DNA from: an uncultured Acidobacteriota bacterium
Lineage (GTDB): Bacteria > Acidobacteriota > UBA6911
Assembly: GCA_963827655.1 (NCBI GenBank)
Contig: CAWHCF010000010.1
Location: 160,001-224,000 of the forward strand
Reading direction: 5' to 3'
DNA length: 64,000 nucleotides
Both the position numbers and the translations under genes were made by a program. The notes beneath the pieces are model-generated. The model did not search any database. It had not been told where the DNA came from and saw nothing but the letters and a program-made list of their open reading frames with translations. Shown here piece after piece: positions 1-9,694 of the stretch (positions within the stretch are counted from its first letter, which is position 1; every line of letters starts with the position of its first letter).

Positions 1-679
1 GCGGCACCGTTGACATGTATTCGATTTGCAAATCTTCCGTTCCGAGCATTCCCCCGGGAATCTCAGTTTTCATCGCCGCCACATAGTTGCGCCGGTTCCA
101 AAGGATGCGAGAGCCATCCTGGCTCAGCTTTGCGTTCCAGCTTTCCAGAAGCGCATCGTCGACCCTGCTGCCGCGGTCACGGCACGCCATCAGGAACTTG
201 TTTCGCTGCCTGAGCGCCCGTTCGTAGGCAGCCAGGTAGATCAGGTGACCGGGATAAGCGGTTATCATTGCGCGATCGAGAAAACTTCGCCGTTCAACGG
301 GCCCGCCCCGAATGACACTTAGCTGAGCACTGGTGAAAGCCAGGGCATGAAGCATTCCGACGAATTCATCGACCGCGACATTCTTCTGGTGCACTAACAG
401 CTTTTTTTCCGAGCGCGTGACCAGCACGCTCAAATCGCGTTCCAGGGAACCGTGCTCGACCACTCCTTCCACGCGGCACAGATTCTCTCCGAATTTGATC
501 CAGTCCTTTGGCGCGCGCGTACGGAAGCTTCGTCCGTACGCCAGCAGATAAATGGCTTCCAGGAGGTTCGTCTTTCCCTGGCCGTTTTTACCGAAGAAGA
601 GATTGGCAGCCGAAGAGAACGAAAGCGCTGCCTGGCTGAAGTTACGATACTGGAAGAGGCGGAGGCCGGTTATCCGCAC
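1..679 (-). CDS. recF: DNA replication/repair protein RecF (5' part; runs off the window edge; not in the ORF track)
   Basis: Manual translation from GTG at 679: VRITGLRLFQYRNF...FFGKNGQGKTNLLEAIYLLAYGRSFRT (RecF Walker A region); lies directly downstream of dnaN. Confidence 0.93.
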   Translation of the reverse strand, partial: MRITGLRLFQYRNFSQAALSFSSAANLFFGKNGQGKTNLLEAIYLLAYGRSFRTRAPKDWIKFGENLCRVEGVVEHGSLERDLSVLVTRSEKKLLVHQKNVAVDEFVGMLHALAFTSAQLSVIRGGPVERRSFLDRAMITAYPGHLIYLAAYERALRQRNKFLMACRDRGSRVDDALLESWNAKLSQDGSRILWNRRNYVAAMKTEIPGGMLGTEDLQIEYMSTVP

Positions 680-681
680 AC

Positions 682-1800
682 CTAAAACTTCATCGGCATG
701 ACGACGTATCGATAGTCCAGTTCCGCCGAATCGGCCGGACGAAGCATTCCCTGCGTCTCGCTGTCCTTGATGGCCAGCGAAATCGTTTCAGACCCGCACG
801 CGCCCAGAAAATCGAGCAGGTACTGCGGGTTGAACCCTATCTCGAGGCTGGGTCCCTCATACTCTATCGGGATGGTTTCGCGCGCCTCGCCGGCCTCCGC
901 GCTGCTGGCCGTGACCTCCACGCTTCCCGGACTGAATGCGAAGCGGACGGCGCGCAACTTTTCGTCGGACATCACCGCCGCCCGGCGAATCCCATCGGTC
1001 ATGTCTCGAGCCGACGCGGTTACCTTCTTGTCATTGTCTCGAGGTATGACCATCTCGTAGTTCGGAAACTGCCCGGCGAGAATTCGCGATACCAGTCTCT
1101 TGCCCCCAACGGTAAAAAAGAGGTGGTTCTCATCACGGCCAAAATCGACCAGCAGATCCTGGTCTCCAATCAGCTTTTGAATCTCGACCAGGGTCTTGCG
1201 GGGAACCAGCGCCCGAATTTCCGTGTCGACTCCGGAGAGTTCCACCCGCGTGGAAACGAGCGCCAGGCGATGGCCATCGGTCGCGACCATCCGGATTTCC
1301 TGAGGTGTCACAACCATCAGCGCCCCGTTCAGCGTGTATCTGGTTTCTTCCTGCGTGATCGCGAACATGGTGCGTTGGATCATGGGGCGAAGCACATTTC
1401 CAGGAATGGAAGTCCCGGATCCCGCGAGCTCCGGGATGGATGGGAAGTTCTCTCTGGGCAGCGCGGCGACCTTGTACTCCGAGTTTTTTGAGTGAATCTT
1501 TACCCAGTCATTTTCCATCAGCGTAAAGCGGATCTCGGCATCTTCGGGCAGGAGCCGCACAATCTCGAAAAGTCGGCGAGCGGAAAGAGTCGTGGTTCCT
1601 TCAGTGGCAATCTCGGCCGCGCAGCCGCAACAGATACTCACATCAAGGTCCGTAGCGGTAATATCGAGACGGTCGCGCCCTGCTTCCAGGAGGATGTTAG
1701 AAAGGATGGGAATCGTGGTTTTCTTTTCAATCACTCCCTGGACCAGGTTCAGTTCAGCCAGTAACGCGTTTCGCTTGACGTTGAATTCCATGAAATCCAT
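682..1800 (-). CDS. dnaN: DNA polymerase III beta sliding clamp
   Basis: TTIPILSN, ATDLD, VATDGHRL, GQFPNYE, IGFNPQYLLD and C-terminal YVVMPM motifs; start may be 1791. Confidence 0.98.
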   Translation of the reverse strand: MDFMEFNVKRNALLAELNLVQGVIEKKTTIPILSNILLEAGRDRLDITATDLDVSICCGCAAEIATEGTTTLSARRLFEIVRLLPEDAEIRFTLMENDWVKIHSKNSEYKVAALPRENFPSIPELAGSGTSIPGNVLRPMIQRTMFAITQEETRYTLNGALMVVTPQEIRMVATDGHRLALVSTRVELSGVDTEIRALVPRKTLVEIQKLIGDQDLLVDFGRDENHLFFTVGGKRLVSRILAGQFPNYEMVIPRDNDKKVTASARDMTDGIRRAAVMSDEKLRAVRFAFSPGSVEVTASSAEAGEARETIPIEYEGPSLEIGFNPQYLLDFLGACGSETISLAIKDSETQGMLRPADSAELDYRYVVMPMKF

Positions 1801-1968
1801 GCTCCTCGGATCCGACTCCGGCGCCTGAAAACCCCGCGATTATAGCATCACGCGCATGATTCAGAATCGCGAAGCTGCTTGGCGTTCGAGTCGTTCAATG
1901 ATGCCGTTTGTTTTTTGCGCACTGACCGCCCGGACACTCAGAGGCGAAGTTACTTCGTTGACCGCCGG

Positions 1969-3072
1969 TCAAGGTCTGATGACTCGGTAGAAACGGCCCA
2001 GCTCATCCACTTTTTCCCAGCTTTTGTGCAGGCTCCCCCAGGCGAACACCAAGACTCCGGTCGCCGGCGGGCGTGTCCCGTGATCGAGAACTTCGCTTAC
2101 TTGCGTTACCGGAACTGGTTCGCCCCAGTCGGAGAGCTGCACTATGGGCCAGATCTTGGACCGCTCGTTTTCCTTCCCCGAGATTCCAAGATAGCGGCCC
2201 AGCCACGACGTCTGGCGCGAAATCCACTCGGGATCCCCAGCGTGGCCAAAACGCGCATGATAGGGCATAGGACTGAAAACGTCGACATACTTCGCCTGGG
2301 CTTTCAAGTCGATTGCCAGCTTGTTTATTCTGGCCCCATCGAAATCCTCATCCGACCAGGGACAGTGAAAAGTTCCGAGCAACGCGCCAGGCCGCGTCTG
2401 GTTCACAATCATCCGGAACTCTCGCACCCAGTCGGTAAACAGATCGCAGCGCCACCGAACCCAGGTCTGTTTCAAGCTGGATAGCAGGAGCTTCGAGAGT
2501 TCCGCCACAGGACGATCAGGCAGCGAGGTTCCGGTATCTTGCTTGAACCGCGCGATGCAGCGCTGGCAGAAACAGGTATCGGGCAGGTTCGGAACCGCCT
2601 GCTCCCAGCTGGAATGACCGTGATGATAGTCGAGCCAGATTCCATCGATGGCAAATTTTTCGAGCGTGCCGCGGAAGGCATCCATGCGATGTTTTCGATA
2701 CCCCGGATGACTCGGGCAGATCCCCTGCCAGCCATTGGGCGGTGGCGAGATTTCGCCGCCAGTCCCAACCGGAGCTGCGTCGCGATTCTCCTTGAGATAG
2801 CCGGCCTCGTGCATGGTATTAAACTCGGCAAACACGAGCGCTCCCTGGCTCTTGAGCAGCTCGAGCCGGTCCTGCGTCAGGCTCCCTGAACCGATCCAGA
2901 CGGCATTCACGCCATAGTCGCTCAGGCTGTGGCCGCGATCGAACAACTGGCCGGGCACGCCTCCGTAGATGCCTCTAATGTTGACATGCGGACGCTTCTC
3001 CTGTCCGGCGATCAGGATTGCGCCGGCTAGGACCAGCCCTGCTGCAAGGACAACCCGGTTTTTATGGATCAT
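1969..3072 (-). CDS. Secreted putative glycoside-hydrolase-like TIM-barrel protein (GHL10/DUF187-like)
   Basis: N-terminal signal peptide; ICPSHPGYR, IDGIWLDY, CFCQRC and DVFSPMPYH motifs resemble GHL/GH42-like barrels. Confidence 0.6.
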   Translation of the reverse strand: MIHKNRVVLAAGLVLAGAILIAGQEKRPHVNIRGIYGGVPGQLFDRGHSLSDYGVNAVWIGSGSLTQDRLELLKSQGALVFAEFNTMHEAGYLKENRDAAPVGTGGEISPPPNGWQGICPSHPGYRKHRMDAFRGTLEKFAIDGIWLDYHHGHSSWEQAVPNLPDTCFCQRCIARFKQDTGTSLPDRPVAELSKLLLSSLKQTWVRWRCDLFTDWVREFRMIVNQTRPGALLGTFHCPWSDEDFDGARINKLAIDLKAQAKYVDVFSPMPYHARFGHAGDPEWISRQTSWLGRYLGISGKENERSKIWPIVQLSDWGEPVPVTQVSEVLDHGTRPPATGVLVFAWGSLHKSWEKVDELGRFYRVIRP

Positions 3073-3204
3073 GCTTTTCGTTGGATCTTCCCACTAATAA
3101 CACAGATCCTTTCTTTTTGTTGAACGCTTTTCGGCGGGGGCATGCATTTCTCTTCCATCACGACCCTCGGGTGTGACTCGAGCTACGTCGCCGGCTTCGT
3201 CTTC

Positions 3205-3420
3205 CTCTGTTTCTAGAATTATTATGGGTAACTTTTACCTAGAAGAATTAGTAGGACCGGTGAATTTGTTGAAAACCGGACTAAACCGTGCCGGCTCATG
3301 GCAATACCAACTGAAGAAACTCCGGGAGAGCCTGTGAAAAAGCCGGCTCCGCCTGTGGAACGCCCGGCGCGGGTAGAAATTCACAAGACATGCAATGACC
3401 CGATGTGTGGACAAAGGACT
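3205..3420. promoter_or_regulatory. Probable oriC unwinding region (AT-rich DUE, DnaA-trios, DnaA boxes) downstream of dnaA
   Basis: AT-rich stretch 3209-3240, then TAG-AAG-AAT-TAG-TAG trios (3240-3254), GACC, and tandem box-like GGTGAATTT/TGTTGAAAA (3259-3275); further boxes TGTGAAAAA, TGTGGAACG, AAATTCACA, TGTGGACAA up to ~3415. Confidence 0.85.
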
Positions 3421-3425
3421 GAAGG

Positions 3426-4745
3426 CTAGCTGAATGAATTAATTATCTTGTTAACGGCAGAGTGGATCTCGGGGTCTTTCTTCTTCAGGTATTCGATTCT
3501 GCGGATTGAATGAAGCACGGTCGTGTGGTGCTTTCCGCCGAAGTCCTTGCCGATCTGGGGCAGAGACAACGCGGTGACCTGCTTGCACACATACATCGCA
3601 ATCTGGCGAGGCTGCGCAATACGGCGGGAGTTGTTCCTGGATTTCAGCACAGCCGGTTTGAGGCCGAAATGGTTGGATACCGAGCGGATGACCATTTCGG
3701 ACGAGATCGCGCGTTTTTCGTCGATGACGATCCCTCGGAGGACTTCGCGCGCATAGTCGATGTCGATATCGGTCGAGTCGATTCCGTCAAGGGAAGCCCG
3801 AGCGATGAGACGCTTGAGCGCACCCTCCAGTTCACGGATGTTCGAGCGGATGCTGCTCGCAATATAGACAGCTACGCCATCCGGGAGAGAAAGCAATTCC
3901 AGGTCAGCCTTCTTTTTCAGAATGGCGATTTTGGTTTCCAGATCGGGAGGCTGAATGTCAGCAATCAGTCCCCATTCGAATCGTGAGTGCAGCCGCTCCT
4001 CGAGAGTTGGAATCTCTTTGGGAGGGCAATCGCTCGTGATTACGATCTGCTTCTGCGCGTCATAAAGAGCATTGAAGGTGTGGAAGAACTCTTCCTGGGT
4101 TCTTTCCTTGCCGGCAATGAACTGAATGTCATCCATGAGCAGCACGTCGATGTTGCGGTATTTCTGACGGAACTGGTTGGTCCGGTCGTATCGAATGGAA
4201 TTAACCAGCTCGTTCATGAAGCTCTCTGACGACATGTAGCTCAGGCGCAGGGCACCATTCTTCTGCCAGATGGAGTGACCTATGGCGTGCATCAGGTGAG
4301 TCTTCCCCAGACCCACTCCGCCATAAACGTATAATGGGTTATAAGCCTTCGAGGGTTGGTCTGCCACTGCGAGAGCCGCGGCCCGCGCGAATTGATTGCT
4401 GGAGCCGACTACGAACGAATTAAACGTGTACTTAGGGTTCAACCCGCGGGGCGGAATCGTCGGCCGCTGCGGGTTCGACAGGGGTTCGCGGGATTCTCCA
4501 CCGCCCGATGCTGGTTCGACCGAGACTTTGACCTGCAGCGTTCCATGTCCTGCCTCACGAACGGCGTCGCGCAAGACATTGGAGTAGTTCTCGAGGAACA
4601 GTTTCTTGAAATTTTCGTTTGGAACCGTGAGGTGAACGGCGCTCTCATCACAACCGTCAAAGACAACAGGGCGAAACCAGGTGTCAAAGCATTGCTGGTT
4701 GACGCGCTTTCCAACCTTTGACAAAACCTGAGCCCACACATCCAT
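3426..4745 (-). CDS. dnaA: Chromosomal replication initiator DnaA
   Basis: YNPLYVYGGVGLGKTHLMHA, DDIQF, TQEEFFHTFN, RLHSRFEWG, NIRELEGAL, HTTVLH; start ATG 4745 (MDVWAQ) preferred because the longer ORF start runs through DnaA boxes. Confidence 0.99.
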   Translation of the reverse strand: MDVWAQVLSKVGKRVNQQCFDTWFRPVVFDGCDESAVHLTVPNENFKKLFLENYSNVLRDAVREAGHGTLQVKVSVEPASGGGESREPLSNPQRPTIPPRGLNPKYTFNSFVVGSSNQFARAAALAVADQPSKAYNPLYVYGGVGLGKTHLMHAIGHSIWQKNGALRLSYMSSESFMNELVNSIRYDRTNQFRQKYRNIDVLLMDDIQFIAGKERTQEEFFHTFNALYDAQKQIVITSDCPPKEIPTLEERLHSRFEWGLIADIQPPDLETKIAILKKKADLELLSLPDGVAVYIASSIRSNIRELEGALKRLIARASLDGIDSTDIDIDYAREVLRGIVIDEKRAISSEMVIRSVSNHFGLKPAVLKSRNNSRRIAQPRQIAMYVCKQVTALSLPQIGKDFGGKHHTTVLHSIRRIEYLKKKDPEIHSAVNKIINSFS

Positions 4746-4821
4746 TATCGGCCCCATGCTCAGGAACAAGTGGTTGAGGGGAAGAAAGATAGAACGACAG
4801 GTTGCGAGCGACTTGCTTGAG

Positions 4822-4853
4822 TTTTCCACAGTTATTTTCACAGCTGTGGAAAA
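4822..4853. promoter_or_regulatory. DnaA-box cluster upstream of dnaA (autoregulation or second oriC half)
   Basis: TTTTCCACA, ATTTTCACA and TGTGGAAAA within 32 bp. Confidence 0.75.
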
Positions 4854-5569
4854 CACCAATCCGCTGAACAGCGGCATACCGCTGCTCCCTCGATCGTCTC
4901 AAGATCGGCGGATATCGTTTTGCGGACCGTCGTAAGGCGCGAAGCATTCAACTCAACAACGCGCGTGAAAGTAACACAGGGTTTTTACACATTTCAAGAA
5001 AAAAAGTGAAAAAAGTTTTAAGATGCGCGATGCTTTGAAAGCCAGCGCCCCATGCGGGTTTCAGCCGATCATCGCTCTGAACCCACCGCCGTTATTGGGC
5101 AAAAACGCTTAGCAAAAAAATCATAAAAAATTCTTGGTTCGGGGAAGGAGCCTAGTCTTCGGCATCTGGTGTCACGGAGGTTTCCGATCGGCACGGGAGC
5201 AACACACTCTTGATCTCCTGACGGCGGCAAGATTCCGGGTGTTTCCACTGGACTTCAACTATCCTGCACCAGGCAGTAAGCAAACCACTATCTATTCTAT
5301 GTCAGAAAGATACGCGCTATGGTCGGTCGCTGGCGCACTACCGGTCCTGGAAAAGATCGGCGCGGGGGCATGGGGTCGTCTACGGGCGCGTGACACTCGC
5401 TCGACCACGCGGCCCGCGCGGGGGACGACCGGGAAGGTTGGCTGCGCCTGGATCCGCATCTGGCGAGCATCCGGAATCACCCTCGGTTCCAGCAGATGCT
5501 GGCCTCCATGGAGTACAGCGCCAGCCTCGAGAGCCGCGAGCTTCCCGATCGTCCTTGGTGAGCGTGTGG

Positions 5570-5700
5570 GTCGCCGCGAGCTTCATGATCCGGCTGTTGA
5601 TGATGTCGGAGAAGGAGACGTTGCCCGCGGCATCGACCGCCAGGTCTTCGGTGAACGCGATCAGCGTGGCTGCGACGGGCTTCTCGGCCCCGTGGTCCAA
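5570..5700 (-). pseudogene. Short remnant resembling an SMP-30/gluconolactonase/NHL beta-propeller blade
   Basis: AFTEDLAVDAAGNVSFSDIINSRIMKL resembles the FTEGP..D..GN.YFSDI.N.RI motif; no credible start or continuation. Confidence 0.35.
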
Positions 5701-5704
5701 AGAC

Positions 5705-6194
5705 TCAAGGAGGGGAAAAATAGGGAAGGAGGCGCTGGTAGGTCTTCGGCAGATCTTCAGGCAAAACACGGGTTTCCGCGATCACCGACAGAAAGTTGGA
5801 ATCGCCGGCCCAGCGAGGCAGGACATGCATATGAAGATGGTGGGCGACGCCGGCCCCCGCCGCGCGGCCCAGATTGAATCCAAGGTTATAGCCGTCGGGC
5901 TTGTACTCTGACTCGAGCGCTTTCTCGCATCGCTGAGCAAGGTCGGCGAACTCGTGACAGCTCCTCGCTGCTGGCCTCCCGCAGGAAGGGTATGTGTCGA
6001 TTCGCGACGATCAGAATGTGGCCCGAGCAGTATGGAAAGAGGTTCAAGACGACGAACGAACTCGTGCCGCGGTGAAGCACGAAGTTAGCTTCGTCCCGGT
6101 CTTCCGACAGAATGCCGCAGAACACACAGGCATTCCCGGATCGATCGAGGTTGCTGACGTAATCGAAGCGCCACGGCGTCCAGAGACGATCCAT
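5705..6194 (-). CDS. HIT family hydrolase (Ap4A hydrolase-like), frameshifted near 5957
   Basis: MDRLWTPWR..CVFC..LNLFPYCSGH continues after a one-base shift as DGYNLGFNLGRAAGAGVAHHLHMHVLPRW, stop at 5705. Confidence 0.9.
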
Positions 6195-6470
6195 TTACAA
6201 ATTGATGAGATCCTTGATTTCCTTGCCGGGTTTGAAATAGGGGACCTTCTTGGCGGGAACGCTGACTCCTGTGCCGGTCTTCGGATTGCGTCCCTGCCGG
6301 GAGGAGCGATGCCGAATTCGGAAGGATCCGAAGCCCCGGAGTTCGATCTTTTCACCCCGCTGAAGCGAGTCGGTAATGCTGTCCAGGACCGTTTGCACGA
6401 TGACCTCAGCGTCCTTCTTGGTCAAATCCGACTGGTTAGCGACTTCTTCTACCAATTCTGCTTTAGTCAT
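6195..6470 (-). CDS. ihfB: Integration host factor beta / HU family DNA-binding protein
   Basis: MTKAELVEEV..IELRGFGSF..GRNPKTG..VPYFKPGKE; rpsA-sppA-ihfB gene order. Confidence 0.88.
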   Translation of the reverse strand: MTKAELVEEVANQSDLTKKDAEVIVQTVLDSITDSLQRGEKIELRGFGSFRIRHRSSRQGRNPKTGTGVSVPAKKVPYFKPGKEIKDLINL

Positions 6471-6475
6471 GACGT

Positions 6476-7384
6476 TCATCTCCAAAGGTATGCGAAGCGG
6501 ATTTGAGACTCCGAGCGATCAGGATTCAGGGCGACGACGCTGCGGGAATCTCCGAATAAGAGGTCGATCAGAGAAATCTTTTTCTTCGGCGGCGAGACCA
6601 GTCTGGGTTCCCCCGAGATCCCAACCATTCTGGTGGCTGCGGCAAGTGCGTCTTGAAAGGTTCCTATCTCATCAATAAGACCGTTTCCCATGGCTTCCTG
6701 GCCGGTGAAGACCCTGCCGTCGGCCAGTTTGCGGACGTTCTCGAGGTTCATTTTGCGCCCCGTCGAGACCGCCGTGACGAATTGGTCGTACATGTTATTG
6801 ATCAGGCCCTGGAAGTACGCCTTCTCGGCGTCGGTGAGCGGGCGCGTTGGAGAACCCGCGTCTTTCAGCTCTCCGCTCTTGATCACGACGCTCTGCATTT
6901 TTGCCCATTTCAGCAGGTCACCGTAGTTGTACCATTCAGCGATGACGCCGATACTTCCGGTGATGCTGCCAGGGTTGGCGAAGATCTTGTCTGCGGCGCA
7001 GGCTATGTAGTAACCGCCGGAGGCCGCTACCGATGACATGCTGACCACGACTTTCTTCCTGGTTTCGGCCCGGAACTTCTTCACGGCTTCGTAGATTTCC
7101 TGCGACGCAGCAACGCCTCCACCAGGACTGTTGATCCGCAGCACGACGGCCTTGATACCTGGACGACTTCCGTATTCTTTCAACTGATCGTTGAAGTCTC
7201 TTGAATCGAAGATTATACCTTCGAGATCGAGTACCGCAATCTGGCCGGACGAAAGCGAAAAGGAGGGGGAAGACGAGCCGCCCGAAAAAATCAGGGCGAC
7301 GGCAATGAGCGAGAGGGTAAAGAAGAGAAGAGCGCCGCCCCCCAGCACCAACCATAATAGAAAGTTCGACCTGTTTGCCGGCAT
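6476..7384 (-). CDS. sppA: Signal peptide peptidase SppA (S49, 36K type)
   Basis: LRINSPGGGV, AASGGYYIA, TGSIGVI, ADGRVFTG; N-terminal TM helix. Confidence 0.95.
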   Translation of the reverse strand: MPANRSNFLLWLVLGGGALLFFTLSLIAVALIFSGGSSSPSFSLSSGQIAVLDLEGIIFDSRDFNDQLKEYGSRPGIKAVVLRINSPGGGVAASQEIYEAVKKFRAETRKKVVVSMSSVAASGGYYIACAADKIFANPGSITGSIGVIAEWYNYGDLLKWAKMQSVVIKSGELKDAGSPTRPLTDAEKAYFQGLINNMYDQFVTAVSTGRKMNLENVRKLADGRVFTGQEAMGNGLIDEIGTFQDALAAATRMVGISGEPRLVSPPKKKISLIDLLFGDSRSVVALNPDRSESQIRFAYLWR

Positions 7385-7574
7385 AGCTCTGACCTAACTG
7401 GACACGGGACGTTATCCCTCGGCATCCGCCGAACCGCGGACCGTTAACTCATGAGCACGGTCCGCAGTCGTCCTTGGTTCTGAGTCGCAAGACGGGGGAC
7501 AAGATTCTTGTATGAAGTCGGCGATAGGCCCCTGTTCAGGGATACTCTCGGAGCGTCACCGATTCGTGAACCGG

Positions 7575-9369
7575 TTACTCCGGCTCTCCTTTCTTGAGGC
7601 GTGAGATCTCCCGAAGCTGGTCGCCGAGGCGCTCGCCCATCGAGGTGCTGCCTGAATCTGCCGAGGCCATGTACGAGGTGAATTCCAGCCTTGGTTCGTC
7701 TTCCTTCATCGCTTTGAGGCTGAGTCCAATCTTCTTTTCCGGGAGGTTCAGCTTGATGATCTTCATATCCACCTCCTGGCCTATGTTAAGGAACTCCGCC
7801 GGCTTCTCCACGTGTTTCTCGTCCAGCTCGGACACGTGGCACAGTCCTTCGATCCCTTCCTCGAGCTCGACGAATGCGCCGAAGTTTGTCATGCGCACAA
7901 CTCTTCCTTTAATCACGTCGCCCGGGTTGTGCCGGTTAAACCAGTCTTCCCATCGATCAGGCTCGAGCTGTTTGATTCCCAATGAGAGTTTCTGATTCGG
8001 GGCATCCACACTCAACACCACCGCCTGCACCTCGTCCCCTTTCTTCAGCATTTCCGAGGGGTGTTTGATCCGCTTGGTCCAGGACATGTCCGAAACATGC
8101 ACCAGGCCGTCGATACCCTCCTCTACTTCGATGAAGACCCCGAAATCAGTAACGTTTCGCACTTTGCCTGTTATCACGGTACCGGGTGCGATACTTCGAC
8201 TCGATGATGTCCCATGGATTTGGTTCGGTCTGCTTCAGGCCGAGCGAGATTCGGCGGGCTTCGGTATCGATGTCGAGCACCACGACTTCAACCGGGCTGC
8301 CGACAGAAACGATCTTTGACGGGTGTTTCACCCTCTTGTTCCACGTCATCTCGGAGATGTGAATCAATCCCTCGATGCCGGGTTCCAGTTCGACGAAGGC
8401 TCCGTAGTCGGTCAGGCTCACGACTTTGCCCTGAACCCGGATGTTCTTGGGATAGCGCATGTCGGCGTGAAGCCACGGATCTTCCGTAAGCTGCTTGTAG
8501 CCCAGGGAGACGCGGCCATCCTCGCGGTTGAACTTGATGACCTTGACTTTGACCTTATCCCCGACCGCGAAGATCTCTGATGGATGATTGACTCGTCCCC
8601 AGGACATATCCGTTATATGGAGCAAGCCATCGACGCCCCCCAGGTCAATGAACGCGCCGTAGTCGGTTATGTTCTTGACAATCCCTTCCATGACCTTCCC
8701 GTCTTCCAGGACCTCCATGGTCTTGGCTTTCTCTTCCTGCATCGCCTCTTCAAGGACTGCCTTCCGGGACAGAACGATGTTACCGCGCTTCTTGTTTACC
8801 TTGATGACGCGCATCTCGAACTCTTCGCCGCGGAGGCTATCGAGATTCCGTACCGGGCGCAGATCAATTTGGGATCCCGGGAGAAAAGCCCGCACGCCGA
8901 TGTCGACAGCCAACCCGCCCTTGATCCGTTCAATGACTCGTCCTTTCACGACAGTTCCGTCGCGGTAGGCTTTCTCAATTTCGTCCCAGATCTTCATCCT
9001 CTCGGCTTTTTCGCGCGACAACACCACGTAGCCGCTGGAGTCTTCGGTCTGCTCGAGAAAAACATCGACCACATCGCCGACCTTGATCGAGTGGCGGCCG
9101 CGGTCATCCAGAAACTGCTCGAGCGGGATGATGCCTTCGGATTTGAAGCCGACATCGACAACGACCCCGCTGCCTGAGAAGGCGATGATCTTTCCTTTGA
9201 CTACCTCTCCCTCGGAAAAACGCTGGGTTCGTCCTTCATAGGCGGCCAGCAGAGTCTTGAAGTCGTTTTCGGCCTCCTGGTCGGCGGTGACGGGCGCATC
9301 GACGGGTTGCGTGTCGCCGGGCGAAGTCGCGCTCCCTGCCAGTTGCGGATTGTTTACATCAGATGCCAT
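7575..9369 (-). CDS. rpsA: 30S ribosomal protein S1, split by a frameshift near 8190
   Basis: Successive S1 repeats (VDVGFKSEG, AFLPGSQID, DGLLHITDMSW, EGLIHISEM, DGLVHVSDMSW, EGLCHVSEL) across two overlapping ORFs; AGGAGG before ATG 9369. Confidence 0.97.
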
Positions 9370-9558
9370 TCCTGCCTCCTGACGTCCCACGGACAGAAAC
9401 TTACGGCGTTCCAATCGCGGGATTCTTTGTATTCAATTAAGAATAAGCCTAATGCGTGATCGGACCTGAAGAGGAAATTACGTGCGGCGTCGCAGTATTC
9501 CAGTTGAAGCAAATCCAAAGGTCAACATTCCTTAGATCACTAGAAATAACAGCCCTTC

Positions 9559-9587
9559 TTTATACTCTTTGCCGAAAGCTTTGTCAA
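9559..9587 (-). promoter_or_regulatory. Sigma70-type promoter for the rpsA operon
   Basis: TTGACA-N17-TATAAA on the minus strand, ~190 nt upstream of rpsA. Confidence 0.65.
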
Positions 9588-9640
9588 GTTAAGTGAATGC
9601 GCGGTTTAGCGAAGCACCTTGCGCATGCTCTCCGGATGTG

Positions 9641-9683
9641 GCGCTGCGAAAGGAATACTACCAGGACGCAAAGACACCAAGAA
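9641..9683. repeat. Half copy of the 8-nt-period REP-like element
   Basis: GCGCTGCGAAAGGAATACTACCAGGACGCAAAGACACCAAGAA matches the loop and right arm of the copies at 55687 and 62706. Confidence 0.7.
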
Positions 9684-9694
9684 GCGCGGGCCTG

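Noticed and set aside
4746-4877. 44-aa N-terminal extension of DnaA
   Set aside because: It runs through the DnaA-box cluster; the typical domain I begins at MDVW (4745).
5134-5911. Plus-strand ORFs of 247 and 173 aa upstream of dnaA
   Set aside because: Largely antisense to the frameshifted HIT gene; no recognisable motifs (not rpmH or rnpA).
8146-8200. Programmed frameshifting or a genuinely split rpsA
   Set aside because: No slippery heptamer, and the same one-base insertion pattern affects many unrelated genes, so assembly error is more parsimonious.
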